From positions 673,234-737,233 of the forward strand of contig ML992503.1 of the NCBI GenBank assembly GCA_010093995.1: a stretch of 64,000 nucleotides of DNA. Direction: 5' to 3'. This DNA is from Elsinoe ampelina. Lineage: Eukaryota. A program made the position numbers and the translations under genes. How positions within the stretch are numbered: the first letter of the stretch is position 1; every line of letters starts with the position of its first letter. Shown piece after piece: positions 59,801 to 64,000 of the stretch. The notes below the pieces were generated by a model. It did not search any database. It saw only the letters and a program-made list of their open reading frames with translations, and was not told the origin of the DNA.

Positions 59801-62718
59801 ACATGGAACCAACTACGACAGCTCAATTGGTTGCGCCAATACCGTTGACCCCATCGCAGCCGTCAATGTCCGTCACCCATGCCGAGAGCTCCGCGCTATC
59901 GACTTCATCGACGCTGCTCAACATCGATCTCGGTCATGCTCTCTATTCGAGTGTAACATCGCAGACTCAACTTGTATCTTCAGTACCAGTGTCCACATCC
60001 TCTCTATTGGCTTCGACGTCTCAGAGCAGCAGTATCGAAGACCTGACAAGCTCCATATCGATCGCTGGCACGCAGCTCAACGTTGTCATTCCTAGCTCTC
60101 AGCCTACTGCGTTTTCCTCTGGCCTGTACAGCTCAAGTCAGACGTCGACCATCGTCTCAAGTGCCCCTACTGATACCTCGACATCAATCTCGTCGTACTC
60201 GAGCCCGCCCGCGGTACATATTGCACCAGATATGAGTAGCCTGTTCCCACACGAGACATCCCAGGCACCTGTGTCGCCGTCGCTCGGAACCAGCGTGATT
60301 TTACCACCTTCGAGTACACTTGTCATCTCGACCCAGTCCGAGTCTCCTATAGCAGCGATACTCTCGCATTCTACGACCTTACCGGCGATCACTACACCGT
60401 CCAGCTTGATATCAACCACTTTGAGTACAGGTCTCGTCAGCTCTGTCGAGTCAGCAGTCAATCAAGCTACTTCAAGCGTGTTGCCATCTGCCAGCTTCTC
60501 GAGTGATCTAGCATCTGCGCCTAGTAGCGTAGACTTGCTTCACTCGGCCAGCCACAGCATCTTGACAACCTCCTCTGCTATAGATCCCGTCACGAATGTC
60601 GCACAGACTCCTAGTATTGTTCTCACGTCACAAGCTAGCGCTACCAACTCCGTCACTCCAGCTCAGACTACGACTTCGAGCACTGTGTCACTCGTAAGCC
60701 CTGATCTTGCATCAACCACGCAATCTGGTATCATATCGCAGTCGCTATCCCAAGGTCTCAGCTCCGCCCTCAGTCAGACACCCGCCGTCCAACCAGCTGT
60801 TTCTCAGTCGCCACAAGCAAATATCGTCAGCTCTATCGTCCAACAGACCTCGGCTGGGATCGCTTCATCCGTAGCCCCCTCCTCAAGTCCGATAGTACCG
60901 CCACAGAGCATTAGTACCCCTCAGCCGACTACCACTACAGCCAATGAGGTATTTGCTGCTTCTATGACGACGAGCAGTAGTGAGAACGTGCTAGTCCAGC
61001 TTAGTACAGCTCCCATTCAGGCAAATCCGATAGCTACAACATCCAGTCAAATACCAGCTGTACTTCCTATGACATCGACCCTGGCACAAACGAACCAGCC
61101 GACAACTACTAGCGACATTCCTACCACACTGCATACGACCACGACAAGTAAGGCAACGGAAATTCCAACAACAACAACGACAAGCAGCCAGACGAACCTA
61201 GTCTTGCAAGTGACTTCAAGCCCGATTCTGGATGTCTCGCCGGCTTCATCCAGTAGTCAGCTGCCATTGCTGTTATCTACGACTACTACGCAAGCCCAGA
61301 TCATATTGCCGTCCACAAACAGTAGCCAGGCGCCCGCTATTCTCCCGGTCGCTTCTTCACTGCCTCAAGTCACTTTATCGACCACAACGACAAGCGATAT
61401 ACCCGCGGTCGTGCACCTGACGTCGACAACTTTGAGTCAAGCACCAGCAAGCTCGCCGATCATTACTACCAGCCAAGCGTCTGCGATCCCACCGATCACC
61501 ACAACAAGCCAATCGCCTCTTATCGTGACCAGCCAAGTCATTGACGCTGCTTCTCTCCACACGACGACCACGACGCTGGCGCCAGTGGCTTTGCCTACTA
61601 CATCGACCACGACGACAACACAACCGCCAGCTGCTCTTCCGACCACGACAACAACGACAAGCCCAGCAGCAGTGATCGTGCCCACAACCACAAGCCAAGC
61701 CCCAGTCAATATCGTAAGCTCGGTCCTTGAAGTCGCCTCCCTCCAAACGACAACGACCACGGATCAGCCTGCGATACTGCCACTCACAACTACGACAACA
61801 ACAACTCAGCCTATTGTGGTACTTCAAACGACGACAACGACGACTAGTCAAGCTCCGATTGTTGTGCCTGCAATCCTGCCCACGACAACAACTACGCTAG
61901 CGCCTGCTATTGTCCCGACTACCACACTCGCACCCGTTGTCCTCCCTCTGACGACCACTACGACACAGGCACCAGTCTCCGCTCCAACTACGACGACTCA
62001 AGCACCGATAGTAGTCACAACGACAACTCAGCAGCCGATCGCGGTCCCTACAACCACAGTGGCGCCCGCTTTGATCCCTACTACAACAGTCGCTCCAGTT
62101 GTGGTACCTACAACTACACAAGCGCCGATTGTGGTCACTACCACGACGGTAGCACCAATTGTGGTCCCTACGACGACAGTGGCGCCGATTTTGATCTCAA
62201 CGACGACGACAGCAGCAGTTGTGATTCCTACTACGACAGCGGCACCTGCAGTCGTCCCTACGACGACAGTGGCTCCAATTCAAGTACCTACAACGACTGT
62301 GGCTCCGGTCGTAGTACCTGTAACTACGCAGGCGCCAGCCGCGGTCACAACTACGACAGTAGCGCCAATAATAGCCCCAACGACGACTACAGTGGCACCA
62401 GTCGTGGTTCATACAACGACTGCTGCCCCGATTGTACTACCCACGACGACAGTAGCACCAATCGTAGCCCCAACCACCACCACAGCACCAATTGTAATCC
62501 CTACCACGACAGCAGCCCCAGCGGTGGTACCAACAACAACCGCAGCACCCATAGTGGTGGCCCCCACCACGACCGCGGCACCTGTAGTCGTGGCACCGAC
62601 GACAACAGCTGCCCCAGTGGTCGTCGCTCCACGGACAACGACTACGACAATCACGCCGACAACGGCGGCAGCAGGCGGTCTTCTGGGTGGCAATGTGCTG
62701 CCCGGTGTCCTTCGCTAA
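50812..62718 (+). CDS. Giant secreted Ser/Thr/Pro-rich mucin-like protein (3968 aa)
   Basis: An 11.9-kb uninterrupted ORF with an N-terminal signal peptide (MRFHLYLAPVLLLAASTTA), a Lys-rich block, a long acidic S/T body and C-terminal (T)TTxAP(I/V)V(V)P repeats. Confidence 0.88.
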   Translation: MRFHLYLAPVLLLAASTTAYPQDPQAGSDSEGSTPYDSTEAANNQLDVTLSRHPGTTEDINNTRGHNSIDQDGSYFSNLADKFRRIRFLPERRWAATHKTTPPRKRSVVTNDVPEATSTWDWLFGSSKPVAASVHADRPVRERRADSEQRQADTSKRPALQLSPVARGRTSIANQHRPITTGPMEYAASPVSEETPAFQTSTPSSSSTETKSKAPWPALQLTPAAARKSQARDPTDSVNKAKSTQVSRSTRSKTRKATGGKGKSSKIATKTKSKSKKKSKHKTKKSKSKKKGSTTPTPISTPGKKQKVVSTKTKTASSATALSSTSGRPQAQSASKKTNIGSTTGTSSRKVPTTTTRSSSGETKSASKGATSSSSLSTAMISRASSKSAKKNNDVLLPSSTIGVSIPQQARSSTRTSRSNPSGGSSTAGAAIKISQNAAASIHISRPDGNTLQTTASILSHGTSLSSGITTSQETLPVPMAQTSSSTSPIVLAPIVSIPKPGTGPTITRMSESSTTVVPTSIHSSTNQGTDTFRTTASSTTSGQSSHYTSLVSTTSHASGDDGDPLSTPGTRVGVLSTPARSNTQLAQSSLTIDLSSLPLQSSSTLDSQSSSASYDTTSSARFITITSDNLSPAPTAQSFVLPANVSIGSSEQVAAFSSLPDSFSILISATTEMPNEDPILPILVTQSSQAVDLSSSSYTTPAPSMSPPDPVLPTQEDLALPSQSPVDIGQITTAAITSQYSDIVVDISQTSTGTLEPSSSDSTGPSLASYPNVPSISQSPSTPMLSEITTSLDGPSQTIPMQSLTLETETSLSSLEPRITTSYSSDIFEPQSSTLPVASEPLALDLPQASTTLDANGSGSTAEPILGQVASSGLVGAPVTTVEQITAPSATDLLTSSGLLGQLETASSTQVVSIGGSADQTELYQQQTLSTGPTTITDLAAFMSSSLSAAASSTSSYDAESTQPNASDGFSTIAISADGIASATGTIQESVASTAIYFAPTRQLSPSPAEFSSLDSAVSVDTPSSTLPDVETGPSPSLPITNAPQPSITEATSLAESVSSDVGALTSISTLPNTQTVTTLEALESAQNLSSVPQTQVLPTSSENTISEVEFQTPVESLGSYTSFSGIGQPVVTSLVVGSSSAASTLTNDGSLLMTEPNTVPVSQSSSEVTVQSSIYTTPSASIDRPDVSSIAVPTQILDQSSDADITTMESSLVIQPTNEAQLPSTSQDPLPGLGTSQQGPSLVSRSEVLTVATSSASLDLLPQSEALASTAMNHAVTNPTPLGTSVPETIASAIKSSTTPALDSESPDALGLSSISMVTTSGSDGGLLATNTAEQITQPISTSISEASQDSSQPTSLGPTLDTGLPQPLSTPISTQSEKVITTTASSGTLDAPSDTLSVAPPSLNGTPLNPVNQAPQSSSTSQSIDAGLVTEIQPETSPTIEVPTMTSQSELSLSTLSADDSDPTAEALQMSSLSTPGFASPTDMLAWMSSSISANAASSSLDSFTPTITPAAILDVSSSAASDQQPTPAPAELSSSLDTSAISLAEPSSLTLASFPDATMKSSTLLPDLVSSESSTISLPSPVIQAASTSLPLTGETIPAVPERSSSGMSQDLTLHTTSTLDPTLSSVSSVNSPSAIEAFSSTSETIVSSTSIPVEQISSVTVAIEEPLSSSAMETLTIPSESPQTTLGMSEIISSSMDADSGIITSTDFVASSSEVPLETPQPVLDFTAPGLDIPTHSSSTESSAVVELPSTRLDVDIASSTSSLDVSSLTQPALPQDTPEATDNIMSASSGNSIPSSSIDLPTDGSPASTTVDIFTSEPNLAFPSPSPLPTSSSLFEPLPTSDTGSSFPTPISSPDSSELPSGSSTVPGLDPLASSMNDVQSSQLPSPTAQLSTSGDQSEISPTSILIDSTSTILNTDLSSSISSEGQPTSAAAFVTSLPASDEEPTGQGLPAATIDSSSTTSDILTSDLPQPSLPGIIDASSSTVVETEAVTSYLGDITSSALAAPSSELPSTIPTSSVLEISSLLLDDTSSADLGVPIPTTSSLGIAAPVTLQESHSESLTLNTIPSPTSTTMQGLLLPESSLISSEELDSVSTPVMDSLPNHFASSLAISEVQTYSSETPTVTAPSMSTNEAIASPGFTSDLPAPTVTAITSLASPPESTEVISSSLDPAPSLLPQTESSQTTLLETSILDLHLSSSDLTLRSTYDPVAQVASSYTAPTITMQETSLEGPTSSALSDWYTAPSVPTVSTDTLADMTTSSSLLESTSLASLIPDAGATLTTLSSEQSFASSEMAIEPIATSAGLSIFSLTAGGPSDVPAQALSTSFSTLDPAILDVVSTSSESIEAESSQTSGLSDIIDQQTFVLAVSSHGPATVSSTQISLPPAPADTMVGLDLSTSPETSASSPATSEVTLTSDLFSVLPTTFMTSYIRDSSIEVSSSPIASPGTGPVSTDLVAPLTGLTSSMSSSSTISGLSSESVEEALTTLSTPSGFTTMISSGIPSGTPEIGQILSSISVAPSTEPDTEMSISATSILASDPVNLGLQTSSQQSSDQPQTSSNTLSEQSLEVETSTLPSLVQSVPDSSEALQTSVIEQPTLSTISSLDLQSTMSQIQTSEIVQATNIISVPALNAASQISDEGSSSMLSTYSSMMTSPSITSLETSSSSSIPSSLTPLAQATDVASLVETSLQLQSSTAIPESQITSVPSLSLLASEQQTSSIFVSTLEGSPSSVVVLPQIATPSGLDPVPTQSATLTSTLSYVTPNTMADQLSSSSTDHVLDSSTQEISVPTTPGPLIATSSMASLTMEDQLSLSTSVGSLPIELAPSSSASSGHQSSASETSSQQSQPLPSLTSPSLSSTDLNVSLATQVIVPLSPQSTSYHEFSQSSTAVSEQTSQTANQNPTSALSPPSSILDDLSSVSPAINAALSTSVQPSLTSMQTPTTANTISLSGQPALETSDIHLSSASVSAASILDLTSIASSSIVVSSESVNMEPTTTAQLVAPIPLTPSQPSMSVTHAESSALSTSSTLLNIDLGHALYSSVTSQTQLVSSVPVSTSSLLASTSQSSSIEDLTSSISIAGTQLNVVIPSSQPTAFSSGLYSSSQTSTIVSSAPTDTSTSISSYSSPPAVHIAPDMSSLFPHETSQAPVSPSLGTSVILPPSSTLVISTQSESPIAAILSHSTTLPAITTPSSLISTTLSTGLVSSVESAVNQATSSVLPSASFSSDLASAPSSVDLLHSASHSILTTSSAIDPVTNVAQTPSIVLTSQASATNSVTPAQTTTSSTVSLVSPDLASTTQSGIISQSLSQGLSSALSQTPAVQPAVSQSPQANIVSSIVQQTSAGIASSVAPSSSPIVPPQSISTPQPTTTTANEVFAASMTTSSSENVLVQLSTAPIQANPIATTSSQIPAVLPMTSTLAQTNQPTTTSDIPTTLHTTTTSKATEIPTTTTTSSQTNLVLQVTSSPILDVSPASSSSQLPLLLSTTTTQAQIILPSTNSSQAPAILPVASSLPQVTLSTTTTSDIPAVVHLTSTTLSQAPASSPIITTSQASAIPPITTTSQSPLIVTSQVIDAASLHTTTTTLAPVALPTTSTTTTTQPPAALPTTTTTTSPAAVIVPTTTSQAPVNIVSSVLEVASLQTTTTTDQPAILPLTTTTTTTQPIVVLQTTTTTTSQAPIVVPAILPTTTTTLAPAIVPTTTLAPVVLPLTTTTTQAPVSAPTTTTQAPIVVTTTTQQPIAVPTTTVAPALIPTTTVAPVVVPTTTQAPIVVTTTTVAPIVVPTTTVAPILISTTTTAAVVIPTTTAAPAVVPTTTVAPIQVPTTTVAPVVVPVTTQAPAAVTTTTVAPIIAPTTTTVAPVVVHTTTAAPIVLPTTTVAPIVAPTTTTAPIVIPTTTAAPAVVPTTTAAPIVVAPTTTAAPVVVAPTTTAAPVVVAPRTTTTTITPTTAAAGGLLGGNVLPGVLR
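61560..62670 (+). repeat. Degenerate coding tandem repeat, ~10-11 aa unit TTT(V/A/Q)AP(I/V/A)(V/I)(V)P
   Basis: More than 20 imperfect units are visible in the translation, while the DNA units differ at synonymous positions. Confidence 0.85.
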
Positions 62719-63894
62719 GCCTTTTGGAAAAGGAGACACTTATTTCCTCTTGCTTCTACTATTCTCATTGATACCCGGACATTTCCTTGATATATGTTGT
62801 AGTAGTGTCACGGACACGGTACGCCCTTGGACGGGGTGATTTCTCATATAGTCTCACGTCTGACAATGTGATTTTTATACTGAAGTCCTTCTCTCGTCCA
62901 TCAGATCAATGGTGACCTTGACGTATCTTACAGGGCTATATAGTCCTTAGCGCTTGTCAGATGTTATACAGGTCGATAGCTTTCTACAAAGCGATTAACA
63001 GGGTCAAGTTGGTTCCCGTGTCTACAGCGGTATAGTATTTGCCACGCCATCCATCGTTGACCTCACCACTCGCCTTTCCGAGTAAGCTTATCCGCGTCAT
63101 ATGATATACTGGCGATACACATCATCCTCTCCAAACGACTCATCGTCCCACCTCTTCTCGAGACTGCATCATTCCGCCTCCAGGTCCTTGCCATCTACGA
63201 AGCGAAATCACGCACTCAAGAACCTGATGAAACAGGCCCCTTGGCACTTCTGGTCAATCAGTTCGTCGACGTGGACAAGCGGAGCTGCCCAAGAAATACT
63301 AATCCTCCCCCTTGAATGAAGAACTGCATGTGCAGCTTATGGAAGGAGTCGGAAGCTGGTTAGGCGGAGCCCAGCGCATCTCCAGCAAGATCTGGCGCGA
63401 CGTGCAGTGTGTGATAGACGCCTGGCAGGGGTGTGTGGTATACTTTGGTTGCGAAGTATACCCCTTGGGCGACACGCTCGCGTCTACCGTGGTATGCGAT
63501 GTGTTCTTGATGTGTGGACCTTGGCGGGTCGATCACGTGCAGTGGTTATCAGATGCCTGTTGTTGTAGAGACGAATGCGCTGAGGTGGTCTGCAGACCTG
63601 AATGACTGTGTCTTGCCGCGTCTGGGGGAGATGTGTGGATGCTCATGGGCAAGTCGGGTGGAACGGTAGGTTCATCCGTCCTGATTGGGAGGTGTTGTCT
63701 GTGGGGTATCCGATTGGAATGATTGTGCCGGATTAGCGGTATTCGCTCGACATCCCATGAGAATTTGCCATCCTCAATTGCGAACTGATCAATTGGATGC
63801 CGCTTCAAGCATCTCGAAAAGGTGTCATCCTCGGTCCAGTAACGTACTGTTGCGCCGCTTGATCACAGCCCCATGATCCCTTCATCCGCAGCTC

Positions 63895-64000
63895 AAGCTC
63901 CCAGACTCTTCTCCCCAGCATGTCTCTGCTTCAACATCTTCTCCGTCCGCATGAACTCCCTGATCCCCACCGGGATACCACCAAAAAGATCATCCTCACC
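63895..64000 (-). CDS. Possible 3' end of a gene running in from beyond the window
   Basis: Minus strand reads GEDDLFGGIPVGIREFMRTEKMLKQRHAGEKSLGA* with the G-rich 3'-end composition seen in other genes here. No family was recognised. Confidence 0.35.

Noticed and set aside
51013..62739. Many antisense ORFs up to 316 aa inside the giant ORF
   Set aside because: They are shadows of S/T-rich codons with no independent motifs.
63060..63880. Coding-looking fragments near the window end
   Set aside because: They have multiple stops and no recognisable family, so no gene call can be supported.

Overview
This is eukaryotic DNA from a filamentous ascomycete: it has short GT-AG introns with CTRAC-like branch sites and RIP-mutated repeats. 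It looks Dothideomycete-like, but the taxon is inference only. The window is mostly a gene-dense housekeeping neighbourhood. In order it holds the 3' end of a TenA/THI20-type gene, a Con7-type C2H2 transcription factor, an amino-acid/choline permease, DBP2, a small membrane protein and two diverged mitochondrial-type PPR genes with a probable third truncated copy between them. It continues with an Asteroid/XPG-like nuclease, Rictor, uricase, mitochondrial uL13, the SOD copper chaperone CCS1, NoxR, an FGGY carbohydrate kinase, EMC10, a RING-LON (CrgA/LONRF-like) protein, a Rab GTPase and an intronless 3968-aa secreted Ser/Thr mucin-like ORF. A full-length, RIP-destroyed Ty1/Copia element (16476-23435; 142-bp LTRs, GATTT TSD, with an assembly gap) sits inside the PPR cluster. 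The most interesting signals are: (1) the three-member tandem PPR paralog array; (2) an antisense cargo gene in the Copia that, once de-RIPped, gives a DUF3716-like 6-Cys motif; (3) a candidate poison exon in the long DBP2 intron; (4) a spliced terminal exon adding a CaaX motif to the RING-LON protein; (5) the giant charge-zoned mucin; (6) a compensated double frameshift in the permease. No tRNA, rRNA or CRISPR features were recognised. All family calls come from motif recognition by eye, not database searches.
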